Positions 1-9,749 are shown, counted from the stretch's first letter. The stretch: DNA of 32,000 bases from Candidatus Kuenenia stuttgartensis (GCF_900232105.1 NZ_LT934425.1:960001-992000); one strand, 5' to 3'. The notes: generated by a model not told the origin, from the letters alone. Made by a program: numbers and translations.

Positions 1-196
1 TCTTTAATACTCCTTTCATACCAAATGAAAATTCAAAGCCAGGATCGGCTTCATTGATGGTGAAGCCGATAATTATGTAAATTACGATAAAATCTTTGAT
101 TACGTATCGATCGCCACTGTCCTTCTGCCGAACGTAGTATTAATAAAACTTAATGAAATAACAAACGGACAAAACAATATAAAAATGAAATTCTCT

Positions 197-481
197 TTAC
201 CGATTCTGAAACCATTTATAAAAAAAACTTACAACCAATGATGATGCCAGGAGAAAATCGTACCACCCTATATAGGCCTTATGCCATATTGCTATATCCG
301 CTATACCTTCTGGAAAAATTGCAGAACTCCGTAATGCCATGTATATAAATAATGTGATTATCGATAATGGGGCAGAAAATATACACTTTTTAATACGCCC
401 AGGAATTGACATTTGCGAGTCATTAATCATTTGCATACTTTTTCGTTCAACACCGAAGATTTGCTTCATAACGTCTCCCAC
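197..481 (-). CDS. hypothetical small membrane protein (ATG at 469 is a more likely start)
   Basis: 94-aa ORF directly downstream of the GT4 gene on the same strand. It has hydrophobic stretches (PLSIITLFIYMAL, FLLASSLVVSFFY). No family recognised. Confidence 0.3.
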   Translation of the reverse strand: MGDVMKQIFGVERKSMQMINDSQMSIPGRIKKCIFSAPLSIITLFIYMALRSSAIFPEGIADIAIWHKAYIGWYDFLLASSLVVSFFYKWFQNR

Positions 482-487
482 CCATAA

Positions 488-1615
488 CTATTCTGCAAGT
501 AATTGTTCCGTATTATAAACCATTTTTTGAACACTCATATTTTCTATAACACGTCGTCGTACTTTTTCCTTTAATGACATCATTTTTGTTAAATCTAAGG
601 ATAGAAGACTATTCCAACCCATGACAATAGAACCTGGGCTTTTGGGGGCTAAAACTATTCCTGTATCCCCAACAATCCACCCCGAATCCCCAACATCCGT
701 CACCACACAAGGCACTCCACACGCCATTGCCTCGCCAATAACATTGGGAAAACCCTCGCCATAAGAAGAAGAAGAAGTGGCAATATCTAAGGTATTATAT
801 ACAAACGGCATATCAGAACGCGTACCTGTCCAAATAAGTTTAGTCTCTAAGCCATACTTACAAGAAAGCTCTCTTAGTCTGGATTTATATAGATCTGGGC
901 CGTCACCAACACAAACAAAGCGGACATCTTTTCTTTCCTTTACTAATATAGCCGCTGCTTCAAGAAAGGTTGGGTGATCTTTCATGGGGTCAAGGCGTGC
1001 CACCAGGCCTATTACTTTTTCATCTTCTTTGATTCCCCATTCTGCCCTTATTCGAGTTCCTGACCCTGCATCGGGCTTGAATATTTCCGTGTCAATGCCA
1101 TTAGGAATCACCACCATTTTTTTTTCTGGGAAACCGCGTTTCTGATGATATTCCTTTCCAGCGTTAGAATTAACAATAATGGTATCTGCAAAACGTGAAA
1201 AAAAACACGCAACTCGAAATAGAAGACGCGCAAGCCAGTCGTACTGGCTTAAATCCACATTTGAGGCACGCACCCCCCATATCATCCTAACCCGAGGAAA
1301 CATGGGTTTAAGCAGAATAGTTAAAAGATTTGCTTCAAATAAGTATCCATGTAAGATATCCGGTTTTTCGCGATATACTAAACATATCAAACGCCAAAGA
1401 AAAGGAAATACATCCCACCGTTTACGTTTACCCAGGCTGATTACGGGTACACCTGCCTCCTGTAAATCGCGTTCAAGTGGACCACCATGATAGAAGACTG
1501 CCACTTCTACCTTATGCCTGCGTTCATGCAAACCTTTTGCAAGGGCTACGAGTTGCCGCTCGGCGCCACCGTAATTAAGCGAGCGGGTAAGGAAGAGTAT
1601 TTTTTTATTAGACAT
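488..1615 (-). CDS. glycosyltransferase, GT4-like (GT-B fold)
   Basis: 375 aa. N-terminal LTRSLNYGGAERQ and C-terminal SSYGEGFPNVIGEAMACGVPCVVTDVGD are typical GT4 motifs. The start overlaps the stop of the upstream methyltransferase gene by 8 nt. Confidence 0.85.
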   Translation of the reverse strand: MSNKKILFLTRSLNYGGAERQLVALAKGLHERRHKVEVAVFYHGGPLERDLQEAGVPVISLGKRKRWDVFPFLWRLICLVYREKPDILHGYLFEANLLTILLKPMFPRVRMIWGVRASNVDLSQYDWLARLLFRVACFFSRFADTIIVNSNAGKEYHQKRGFPEKKMVVIPNGIDTEIFKPDAGSGTRIRAEWGIKEDEKVIGLVARLDPMKDHPTFLEAAAILVKERKDVRFVCVGDGPDLYKSRLRELSCKYGLETKLIWTGTRSDMPFVYNTLDIATSSSSYGEGFPNVIGEAMACGVPCVVTDVGDSGWIVGDTGIVLAPKSPGSIVMGWNSLLSLDLTKMMSLKEKVRRRVIENMSVQKMVYNTEQLLAE

Positions 1616-2483
1616 TTCCCTTTACAAATACAAATTCATTACAACCAAGCCTGCCACCACACGTCTTCAGTTTTTCCAAAACAAATCCTCTTTCTCTATA
1701 AAAGCTAAATATCTCTTCTGGCTTGGCTACTTCAAAGGGATAACCACCTAGCCAATCGTCCCAATCCCGAATAATTGACATGCCACGACGTTTTCTATAT
1801 TTCATAAAATAGCCTAATGGGTTGCGATACTTTACAAAGCCAGCCAATACGGCTAAAGTGAAGAGCCACGGATAAAATATTGCCTTAACCAAACACTTGC
1901 CAATCATCCCTGAACAATAAAATTGCTTAATCCTTCGCCAGCGTTTAGACCGACCACCTTGATCGTTGTAGATAGCAATAAACAACTTTCCACTGCTTGC
2001 AACAGGTAAAATACTATTTTGTAGTGCCTTCCACATGTCCCCAGTGTGGTGAAGCACACCCCATGAATAAACGACGTCGAATGTTCCCAATGCACTTAAA
2101 TAATTTGTGTCTAAAGCAGAACCTTCTCCAATTGTCCAGTTGCTATCATTAGGGAAATAACGCCGTTTCAGCTCATGAGTACAGGCTACAGATTGTGGAT
2201 CATAATCAAAAGAATGAACGCGGGCACCCAGACGCCGTGCCGCCAGACTGAATAACCCACTACCTGAACCAATATCGAGGAATGATTTTCCCTCTAAATT
2301 TTCAATACTCAACATAGTTTTTAATGATCTTTCCGCTTCGAGAATTCTATCTTCATTTATGCAAGCAAAAAAATGCCGCCAGTTCTTGCCAAACTCAAAA
2401 CGTTCCCCCTTTTTTATTTCCATCGAGTGATCATCCATACCTTCTATTCTCCTTTTACACAACCAGCTAACAAACTTTCCCAC
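1608..2483 (-). CDS. class I SAM-dependent methyltransferase with C-terminal hydrophobic extension
   Basis: 291 aa. Motif I is FLDIGSGSGLFSLAA, followed by FDVVYSWGVLHH. The C-terminal tail GGYPFEVAKPEEIFSFYRERGF is shared with the paralogues at 5350-6263 and 3685-3828. Confidence 0.85.
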   Translation of the reverse strand: MGKFVSWLCKRRIEGMDDHSMEIKKGERFEFGKNWRHFFACINEDRILEAERSLKTMLSIENLEGKSFLDIGSGSGLFSLAARRLGARVHSFDYDPQSVACTHELKRRYFPNDSNWTIGEGSALDTNYLSALGTFDVVYSWGVLHHTGDMWKALQNSILPVASSGKLFIAIYNDQGGRSKRWRRIKQFYCSGMIGKCLVKAIFYPWLFTLAVLAGFVKYRNPLGYFMKYRKRRGMSIIRDWDDWLGGYPFEVAKPEEIFSFYRERGFVLEKLKTCGGRLGCNEFVFVKGNV

Positions 2484-2536
2484 ATATCCATGTTCTTTGC
2501 CATTTTGAATCGTTCAAGAACTTCTGGCACCCCTGG
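2444..2536 (-). pseudogene. 3'-terminal remnant of a GT4 glycosyltransferase gene (paralogue of 6224-7348)
   Basis: The minus strand translates to FPGVPEVLERFKMAKNMDMWESLLAGCVKGE*. This aligns with the C-terminus APEVLERFGMEKIMGMWEELLAGCVKGE* of the intact GT. Nothing upstream of it is GT-like. Confidence 0.7.
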
Positions 2537-2929
2537 GAATTCACTTATATTTCCCTCTTACCATAAAATCCAACATAACTAAATCACGTGGAACTTCAAT
2601 GCTTTACTACGAGACGCCTATTCGTGCTATTTACATTATTCCTACTATGGTTGTTAGCAAGGTAATCGAATTTTCTCTTTGTACTAAAAGATTATAGACG
2701 AAAAAACAGGAAGCAACACCCAATCCCAAGGGGATGACATAATGGACACGCCGGGCATTTCACGGAAAAACGATCATGTCGCCCATTAGGGGTTTATCGT
2801 CGGTTTTTTTTGCAATCGTCTATAATCATTTCATCCCTACGGGATTCATAGCGCTTTAATTGAATAGTAATAAATTCATCGTTAGGAATTTCAAAATAAA
2901 ATCACAATTGATGAACCTTCTCAGTATAT

Positions 2930-3673
2930 CTATATTGCCTTAATGCTGATAAAGACCATCCCAGCCAGTTTCCTCAAAACCCAACGACGAATCTGTCTTG
3001 GCAACCAACCAATTATCATCGCCCACCGACCGTATCGAATTTGCAGCCATTGTTCTTCGATATGTGTCAAGCGCACGAAACGTTTATCGAATACAGTGCA
3101 AATCTCACGGTAACTTCTGTACCAGGTCCACCGGTCTAACCATTGACAAAAATCCCGACTCCATTGCAGTATGGATTTATCACCTTTGAAATAACCCATT
3201 CCAAGCGCTCTCAGGAATGCCGCGTAGTAAATCCTGCCCTTTGAACTTTTGGGAAACCAATGCAGGAAAGGTATTCCGCAATGACCTTCTCTACAGCAAC
3301 TCTTGTCAGGAAACATGCTCAGAACCTGGCCGCCAGGCTTTAGCACGCGATAAATTTCAGTAAGTACACTGTCAATATCCTCAACATGCTCCATAACCTG
3401 ATTATTGACTACATAATCAAAACTCTCATCCGGAAATGGAATTACTCCATGCTCCATGTGCTTGATTACCCCCCCAAGCAACTCGGGTTGAACGCGACTT
3501 GAATAATCCCCCCCCGTATAAAAAACATCGCACCCCCTGGCGTCAATCCCCTTATTTCTTAACGCCGTTACAATCTGGCCAGCCCCACAACCATAATCGA
3601 GTACAGTTATTGAGGCAGACATTCCGGCCGCCAATTTACAAATATAATATGCAAAAAACTCGTAGTTATTCAT
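2930..3673 (-). CDS. class I SAM-dependent methyltransferase
   Basis: 247 aa with VLDYGCGAGQ (motif I), FDYVVNNQVMEHV and LKPGGQ. Confidence 0.85.
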   Translation of the reverse strand: MNNYEFFAYYICKLAAGMSASITVLDYGCGAGQIVTALRNKGIDARGCDVFYTGGDYSSRVQPELLGGVIKHMEHGVIPFPDESFDYVVNNQVMEHVEDIDSVLTEIYRVLKPGGQVLSMFPDKSCCREGHCGIPFLHWFPKSSKGRIYYAAFLRALGMGYFKGDKSILQWSRDFCQWLDRWTWYRSYREICTVFDKRFVRLTHIEEQWLQIRYGRWAMIIGWLPRQIRRWVLRKLAGMVFISIKAI

Positions 3674-3684
3674 TACAACCTCGA

Positions 3685-3828
3685 TTACATCCGGGTAAAC
3701 ACAAATTCATTACATGCTTTTCCACCTGCACAAGTCTTTAACTTTTCCAAAACAAACCCTCTTTCCCGGTAAAAGCTAAAAATCTCTTCTGGCTTTGCTA
3801 CTTCAAACGGATAACCGCCTAACCAATC
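3685..3828 (-). pseudogene. C-terminal remnant of a methyltransferase paralogue
   Basis: The minus strand reads DWLGGYPFEVAKPEEIFSFYRERGFVLEKLKTCAGGKACNEFVFTRM*. This is nearly identical to the last ~47 aa of 1608-2483. There is no upstream catalytic domain. Confidence 0.75.
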
Positions 3829-3909
3829 TGCGTATTAGACATACCCATTTTTTTACTCGTGGTATACCTTAACAGCGGATTTTTGCCATTTAAAATATTT
3901 ACAGCTACA

Positions 3910-4071
3910 CTACCGAAAACAAAATAAGGAATAAAGATGGCCGACTTCCCCAATATTGGTGAGCGAAATGACGTGGGGCGAGAACCCAGGCCCCAGCCGC
4001 TCAAGAACTTTCAGCAGCATTGTTTCTGCGCCACCAGTAGAAAGGCCGGTGATAATGAACGTAATCTTCAT
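3910..4071 (-). pseudogene. N-terminal fragment of a GT4 glycosyltransferase (53 codons, truncated)
   Basis: The ATG at 4071 lies right after the stop (4074-4076) of the upstream EpsG-like gene. MKITFIITGLSTGGAETMLLKVLERL is a typical GT4 N-terminus. The frame ends after 53 codons and runs into unrelated or remnant sequence. Confidence 0.65.
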
Positions 4072-4073
4072 CG

Positions 4074-5114
4074 TTATCTCAGAATAAGGTACCATCGACC
4101 AAACCATGTATCCGAACCAAAGCCACCTTTCCTGCCTTCGTTTATTAGGAGCGCGAACAACAATAGAAACCATACTATGGCAGTAATTTTCCCCCGCTCT
4201 CTTTTTAAGTTCAACCCAAGGAGAATCGCTACAAGAGCATTTGCAATGTACATCAGCCGCCCTGCTGCCGCATGAATGAGGGTCATACATATTGCAAATG
4301 TGCAAAAAATCAAGGAAAACCGAAACCAAAACTCTTGTTGATCATCGGAACTTTTATTTTTTAAAAGAAAAAAAATCAACCCATTCTGCAAAACAGTAGC
4401 TGCATAGAAAAAAACATTGACCTTTCCTTTTAATTCATAAGATTCCGATCTTCGCCCAAAATCAATGCTACCCATTATACGGTTAAGATAAAAAACATAT
4501 AGCCCGACAGCAAGAAGGATAGCAATCAAGCGAATATTTGACCTCCTGGCAACAACGGCTGCAATAGCACACGGAATAACGAAAATAAAGGAGGTGTGAA
4601 TTGTTGAAGCCACTACAGCCCCTAAAAAAGGACTTAAGCCTCCTGCAACCATCATTAAAAAAACCGACAAAGCAAATCCTTGCCTTATCTGGTTGTAATA
4701 CATCTGCGTAGATAGCGTGGAATCTATGACAAAGGCAAAAAGAATGAATATCCATGCCCCTCGCGTCAATTTGTTGTTTGCGACAAGAAACATGAGCGAA
4801 CTAAAAAAAATAGTGATCCTTAACGAGGTTTCAGCACCGAAAATCTCCCCCATAAACGAGGCATATGTTGACCACAAAGGCTCCTCCAGCACATAGGACC
4901 ACCAGTCCGTCAAAATCGTAAAATTTGTTCCTTCAAAATATTTGATGTAACTTAGATCATCAGGGGCTGTATAAAGTGTACGCCTCGCCAGAATCAAAGA
5001 TACGCCGACAAAAAAGACCATCGCCAGCCATGTTGTTTGCCTCAAACCAAATAAATCCAGACGTGATGGACCGGGGTTAGCACTTTGATGATAATTTGTA
5101 GGCTTTTTAAACAT
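4074..5114 (-). CDS. EpsG-family / Wzy-like polysaccharide polymerase (polytopic membrane protein)
   Basis: The ORF track gives 4074-5279. I prefer the ATG at 5114 (MFKKPTNY...) because residues upstream of it are methyltransferase-remnant sequence. The protein has about 10 hydrophobic segments. DDLSYIKYFE...EPLW and YNQIRQGFALSVF resemble EpsG-family motifs. Confidence 0.6.
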   Translation of the reverse strand: MFKKPTNYHQSANPGPSRLDLFGLRQTTWLAMVFFVGVSLILARRTLYTAPDDLSYIKYFEGTNFTILTDWWSYVLEEPLWSTYASFMGEIFGAETSLRITIFFSSLMFLVANNKLTRGAWIFILFAFVIDSTLSTQMYYNQIRQGFALSVFLMMVAGGLSPFLGAVVASTIHTSFIFVIPCAIAAVVARRSNIRLIAILLAVGLYVFYLNRIMGSIDFGRRSESYELKGKVNVFFYAATVLQNGLIFFLLKNKSSDDQQEFWFRFSLIFCTFAICMTLIHAAAGRLMYIANALVAILLGLNLKRERGKITAIVWFLLLFALLINEGRKGGFGSDTWFGRWYLILR

Positions 5115-5184
5115 AGCTATTCCAAAAAGATGAATTGATATTGACACATGATTTTCTGAATTAAAAATGGAGTACCCCCACCCG

Positions 5185-5357
5185 TGGTTGTGGGTCTCCG
5201 ATTTACCACTCCCCAAGTTACCGATCACTTTGGCCAATCGCACATCGATTTTTCGTGCAATGCGCTCGTTGTTCAACACCTCCAGAAACCGCGCCCAGTT
5301 TGCGCCAAATTCAAATCTCTTGCCATTCTAAACTTCTGAACCATGTACATCAACCAT
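5185..5357 (-). pseudogene. N-terminal remnant of a third methyltransferase paralogue with in-frame TAG
   Basis: The minus strand reads MVDVHGSEV*NGKRFEFGANWARFLEVLNNERIA... The intact paralogue reads MDDHSMEIKKGERFEFGKNWRHFFACINEDRIL. There is a stop at 5328-5330 and no catalytic domain follows. Confidence 0.55.
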
Positions 5358-6263
5358 CAATCCATTCTCCCTTTCTCTGTACACGAGTGAACACAAACTG
5401 ATTGCATCCCAATCCACCGGCGCCGGTTTGCAGTTGATCCAGACGAAACCCCCTATCTCGATAGAAATTAAAAATTTCTTCAGGCTTTGCCACCTCAAAC
5501 GGGTACCCACCAATCCAATCGATCATATCGTGCCAGTAGCTCATGCCCCTTAAACTGCGTTCCGAGTAGCGAGTAACATTGTCAAAATAAACCCACGGCT
5601 TACATTTCAAGATGGCCAGGGTCAAGAACTTCAGTTCGCGCGGCCCCATGATCAGAATGGCATATGGCAATTTGAGGGGACGAGGCAGCGCATTGTATAT
5701 TCGCTTCAGCATTCGCCACCGCCGACTCCATCCGCCCTGGTCGTTATAAATCGCAATGAACAATTCCCCCCCCCCCCAGTAACCAGCGATGCCACATTGC
5801 CCAGTGCTTCCCACATTGCGCCAGTATGGTGTAAAACACCCCATGAATAAACGACGTCGAATGTTCCCAATGAACTCAAATAATTTGTGTCTAAAGCAGA
5901 ACCTTCTCCAATTGTCCAGTTGCTATCATTAGGGAAATAACGCCGTTTCAGCTCATGAGTACAGGCTACAGATTGCGGATCATAATCAAAAGAATGAACA
6001 TGAGCACCCAAACGCCGTGCTGCCAGACTGAATAATCCACTACCTGAACCAATATCCAGGAATGATTTTCCTTCCAAATCTTCAACATTCAACATAATTT
6101 TTAATGATCTTTTCGCTTCGAGAATTCTATCTTCATTTATGCAAGCAAAAAAATGCCGCCAGTTCTTGCCAAACTCAAAACGTTCCCCCTTTTTTATTTC
6201 CATCGAGTGATCATCCATACCTTCTATTCTCCTTTTACACAACCAGCCAATAACTCTTCCCAC
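5350..6263 (-). pseudogene. class I SAM methyltransferase, frameshifted in a homopolymer (paralogue of 1608-2483)
   Basis: Two overlapping ORFs (5706-6263 and 5350-5844) together cover a full-length paralogue. The frame switches exactly at the C12 run 5766-5777 (G12 on the coding strand). Confidence 0.85.
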
Positions 6264-7348
6264 ATGCCCATGATCTTTTCCATTCCGAATCTCTCAAGAA
6301 CTTCTGGCGCCCTCGATGCCAGACGTTTATACAATGCCTCATCCGTCATCAATTGACCCATGGCTGCTGCCATTGCATTTACATCTTCCGGTGGTACTAA
6401 CAAACCATCTATACCATCACGGATAATTTCCCGAGGCCCGGAAGGACAAGCAAAACTTACTACGGGTAGTCCACAGGCCATGGCCTCAAGTAAGGCATTA
6501 GGAAACCCCTCGTAACGGGAAGATAAAACAAACATATTCGCTTGACGTAAAAGCTGCATAGGATTATTTACTCGTCCAGGCAAAGAAACAAGCCCTGCAA
6601 TCCCCAACTCATTGGCAAGTTGTATCAAGGTATCCCGATCTTTCCCGTCACCAAAAATAAAAAGATGCCAATTGTGATGGGACTGTGCTATCCTGGCAAA
6701 GGCATGTAAAAGCAAGTCAAAACCCTTTTGCGCAGTTAACCTGCCCATTGCAACTATGATTTGCTTAGACTTCGCATTTCCCCCAAAAGCAGTATCTGAT
6801 TGTTCGAGATTTGTTTTTTCATTTACGTTACTAATTGGGTTAGGTATTACAAACGTAGTCCCCTTTTTAACAATTTCTTCTATCCATTGTCTTGCCTTGT
6901 TAGACTGAACAACAATTGCATCTGCCCATGGATAGGTTGCATTGCGTAGCAAAGACCAGGTACGCCCACAATCATGGTAAGCGGGGTCTATCCTCTCTGA
7001 AATAATAACCTTCAAACCCAGTCCACGGGTCGCCAACAAGGTCATTATATTCATCCTGTCCACAAAACTAATCACAATATCAGGCTTTGACGATTTTATT
7101 GCACGACGTAATTTTATAAGACGAATTATATTATTCCTTATAGCTGCAAACGGATTGCTAGATTCACCCATCCGCCCCAGTGCAACACGTTTTACATCAA
7201 GGCGAAGTTTGTAAAAATCAGAGGCAGTAGAATCAAGCGTAATGAGTGAAATCTCCCAATTTTTTTGGGCCCAATAATTAGCCATTGTTGATATAACACG
7301 CTCTGCACCGCCGGAAGATAAAGAAGAAATAACAAGGGTTATACGCAT
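6224..7348 (-). CDS. glycosyltransferase, GT4-like
   Basis: 374 aa with MRITLVISSLSSGGAERV at the N-terminus and SSRYEGFPNALLEAMACGLPVVSFACPSGPREII near the C-terminus. Confidence 0.85.
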   Translation of the reverse strand: MRITLVISSLSSGGAERVISTMANYWAQKNWEISLITLDSTASDFYKLRLDVKRVALGRMGESSNPFAAIRNNIIRLIKLRRAIKSSKPDIVISFVDRMNIMTLLATRGLGLKVIISERIDPAYHDCGRTWSLLRNATYPWADAIVVQSNKARQWIEEIVKKGTTFVIPNPISNVNEKTNLEQSDTAFGGNAKSKQIIVAMGRLTAQKGFDLLLHAFARIAQSHHNWHLFIFGDGKDRDTLIQLANELGIAGLVSLPGRVNNPMQLLRQANMFVLSSRYEGFPNALLEAMACGLPVVSFACPSGPREIIRDGIDGLLVPPEDVNAMAAAMGQLMTDEALYKRLASRAPEVLERFGMEKIMGMWEELLAGCVKGE

Positions 7349-7526
7349 GGTTTGTTAGCTATAGATACTATATTTTCGTTGCTACCATGAATGCCCATAA
7401 AACAAAGAAGTATCTTGAAAAGAACCTGGGCCTGGGCCTTCCCCTTCCAGTTAAGCGTTGACCAAGTAATAAAAGGCCGCTCAAACACCTCTTCTACTTT
7501 AAAATATTTGGCAAGAAGTGTTTGTA
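7339..7526 (-). pseudogene. 3' part of a methyltransferase gene split by the IS1380-like element
   Basis: After removing the IS and one TSD copy, the frame from 9243+ continues as ...FDSNRIQTLLAKYFKVEEVFERPF...ANKPCV*. Its stop at 7339-7341 overlaps the start of the GT gene, which is operon-style coupling. Confidence 0.6.
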
Positions 7527-9242
7527 CCTAAATCCTGCAAACGATTTTCGCAATGCGAAAATCAGTATTTTCCACTACCAAGATTGGCAAAAAGCGATAA
7601 CAGATATCCGTTTTTTAGCAATTGTGGTAGCGCTATTGTACTACTTTAAACAAAAAGACATGGGAAATTGTCGGAAACGTGCTCTCTGATGCAATGAAAA
7701 TCAAGATAGGGATGTACTGTCTCCATCTGCGGTATACTTACCACTCTCAAAAGACTAAAAAAACGAAATACAACGTCGGTTTTCTACTGAAAAACTACAT
7801 CCAGTGACATGCGTTCCCACTTTTCCCATTCCTCCTGATGGAGAAATTTCTCCGGCAATTTTAATGTCATCTGCCGGCTTCTCTCCACCAGTTTCCCTGC
7901 CACACGGATTAACCACAGTCTCATCGTCTTTACTTCCCACTGTTGTATCACTCCACCACTGAGCAATCCCATCCACTTCAAAAGATTATACGCTAACACC
8001 GCACACTGAAATAGCGCAGCATTGGCCAAAAATTCACCCGTACGTATGTGCCCCGCATTCATCTGTCCTTTACTCTCTTCTATCAAAGTCTCGCAGGTAG
8101 CCCTCTTTCCATAACAACGATGCGCTTCCATCGGACTTAACCGCTCCGTTGTAACGTAACAAAAATACTCATACACGGACACTTCTACTAATTTCTTTTC
8201 TCTTTTGACCAATTGCCGCACTGCCACAAAACGTCTCGCACGATCCCACCCTGCACATCGATACCAAAATTCAGCCTGTTCCCATCCTGGCTCCCCTTTC
8301 ACCTCATTCCATTTCTGCCCTTCAAGCAATCCTTCCAGATTCTTCAGCTTTACCTTAATCAGATATCCCGCCAATATTGACTCAAGGTATTCAAGTAATT
8401 CTCCGGTAAAAAAACCGCTGTCTCCCCGAAATACCACCCTTACCCCCTTATTCATGTACGCCATACATTCCTTCATGAACTCTACTACTCCGTTACTCGT
8501 GTAGGCGCTTCCACAGCGGAACCAACTATGTAATACCTCCTTTGTTTCTGCAATAAATGCCATTAAGGGATGATACGCCTTCTGCCCCTTCTTGTGCGGA
8601 TTATATCCTACCTCTGCACCCTCCTGTTTCCCATATACACCATCTACGGTAGAATCAACATCTATCCATACTTCGCAAAGAGCACTCCTGAGTTTATGGC
8701 CTGATCTCACCGCACGCTTCCATATCTTTCCCCTAAACCGGTGGATCACCCCCGTCAGTTCCACTATATCTCCCTGACTCGCCAGCTTCATAATACGTCC
8801 TATCGTAGTATCTACAGGTACCTCTTTCCACCCGGACATCTTCTTCAATACCTCATCTGTACACACCTTCATCACCTCTACCATCGATGTCGCCCCTGCT
8901 ATCAACCCTATCACTACCATTTGTACCGCATCGACAAACTGATACCGGGCATTTGCTCCACGATCCTTATGGACCGCTTCATGGACTCTCTCCCGGAACA
9001 TCAGCTTACCCATAAAATTCAATACCGGTAAAAGCCCTGCATGTACCGTTAAGCCTTTCCCGCTCATCTCTGCCTTGATTTTCGGTTGTCTTTTGCTGTA
9101 TTTTTTTGCTATATTCTTCATCGAAATGGTGAATCTCCTTTCAGGTGTTTTTTGTTATCAATATACCGCCGAATACCTTGGAAATCCTACCATTTCAATC
9201 CTATTCCTGCAACAAGGCTTTGCCTTGTTTGCAGGATTTAGG
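7527..9242 (-). mobile_element. IS1380-family-like insertion sequence (1,716 bp)
   Basis: It has 16-bp perfect terminal inverted repeats, CCTAAATCCTGCAAAC (7527-7542) and GTTTGCAGGATTTAGG (9227-9242). They are flanked by the 5-bp direct repeat TTGTA (7522-7526 and 9243-9247). A single transposase ORF lies inside. Confidence 0.85.
7784..9121 (-). CDS. DDE transposase, IS1380-family-like
   Basis: 445 aa. WIDVDSTVDGVYGKQEGAEVGYNPHKKGQKAYHPLMAF and FRGDSGFFTGELLEYLE match the IS1380/IS4-superfamily pattern as I remember it. Confidence 0.8.
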   Translation of the reverse strand: MKNIAKKYSKRQPKIKAEMSGKGLTVHAGLLPVLNFMGKLMFRERVHEAVHKDRGANARYQFVDAVQMVVIGLIAGATSMVEVMKVCTDEVLKKMSGWKEVPVDTTIGRIMKLASQGDIVELTGVIHRFRGKIWKRAVRSGHKLRSALCEVWIDVDSTVDGVYGKQEGAEVGYNPHKKGQKAYHPLMAFIAETKEVLHSWFRCGSAYTSNGVVEFMKECMAYMNKGVRVVFRGDSGFFTGELLEYLESILAGYLIKVKLKNLEGLLEGQKWNEVKGEPGWEQAEFWYRCAGWDRARRFVAVRQLVKREKKLVEVSVYEYFCYVTTERLSPMEAHRCYGKRATCETLIEESKGQMNAGHIRTGEFLANAALFQCAVLAYNLLKWMGLLSGGVIQQWEVKTMRLWLIRVAGKLVERSRQMTLKLPEKFLHQEEWEKWERMSLDVVFQ

Positions 9243-9719
9243 TTGTATTCTATTTGAGTCAAAAGTTTGAATATGCCCCCACCGGTGGAAGTGCTTCGCG
9301 CAGTTAGGACAAACCGCCCGTTGTTCACTTATTTTTTCACGTGCAGGAACCGTTCCTATGATCTGACCACCAGGCATTAAAATGCGTGATATTTCACTTA
9401 AGGTGTTTTCAATTGCTTCATCAGTAAGATGCTCAATTACTTCAGATATTACCACAGCGTCAAAAAGCAGATTGTTGAAGGGAGTTTCCTGGCTATAGCC
9501 AACCTTGGCCTTTTCACCCATTCCAAAAACGTTGACGAAGAAGTACAACTGATTTTTCGCTTGGATCCAGGGAGTATACATCAAGCCCCAGACTTATCGC
9601 TGCCTGCTCAAAAATTCCAGCTCAAATACCAATGTTTAACACCCTTTTTTTAGGCTTCACTTTCTTTGCCAAAAAAGTTAGACACGCTATGCTACCAGAG
9701 AAACTTTCTGGCGCTTCAT
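9243..9719 (-). pseudogene. 5' part of the IS-split methyltransferase, additionally frameshifted
   Basis: Motif I is broken by a stop and frameshift (KPKKRVLNIGI* / AGIFEQAAISLGLDVYSLDPSEKSV). A second shift precedes FDAVVISEVIEHL...LMPGGQ...CPNCAKHFHRWGHIQTFDS. Confidence 0.65.
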
Positions 9720-9749
9720 TTTGATAGTAATCCCAAATCACATCCTGGT

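Noticed and set aside
2686-2830. Possible small MITE bounded by GATTATAGACGA / TCGTCTATAATC (12-bp inverted repeat)
   Set aside because: There is only one copy in the window, I could not identify a TSD, and the inverted repeat is short. That is not enough evidence to call it an element.
4072-4329. Upstream 86 residues of the 139-aa ORF 3910-4329
   Set aside because: It overlaps the 3' end of the EpsG-like gene in another frame. Only the last 53 codons, from ATG 4071, look like a GT4 N-terminus.
5115-5279. N-terminal 55 residues of the 401-aa ORF 4074-5279
   Set aside because: This stretch (NERIARKIDVRLAKVIGNLGSG...) continues the methyltransferase N-terminal remnant that begins at 5357, and it is not membrane-protein-like. 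The ATG at 5114 gives a sensible EpsG-like start.
7755-7976. 73-aa ORF overlapping the 3' end of the IS1380-like transposase gene
   Set aside because: It is an alternative frame of the same strand inside the transposase ORF, with no independent support.
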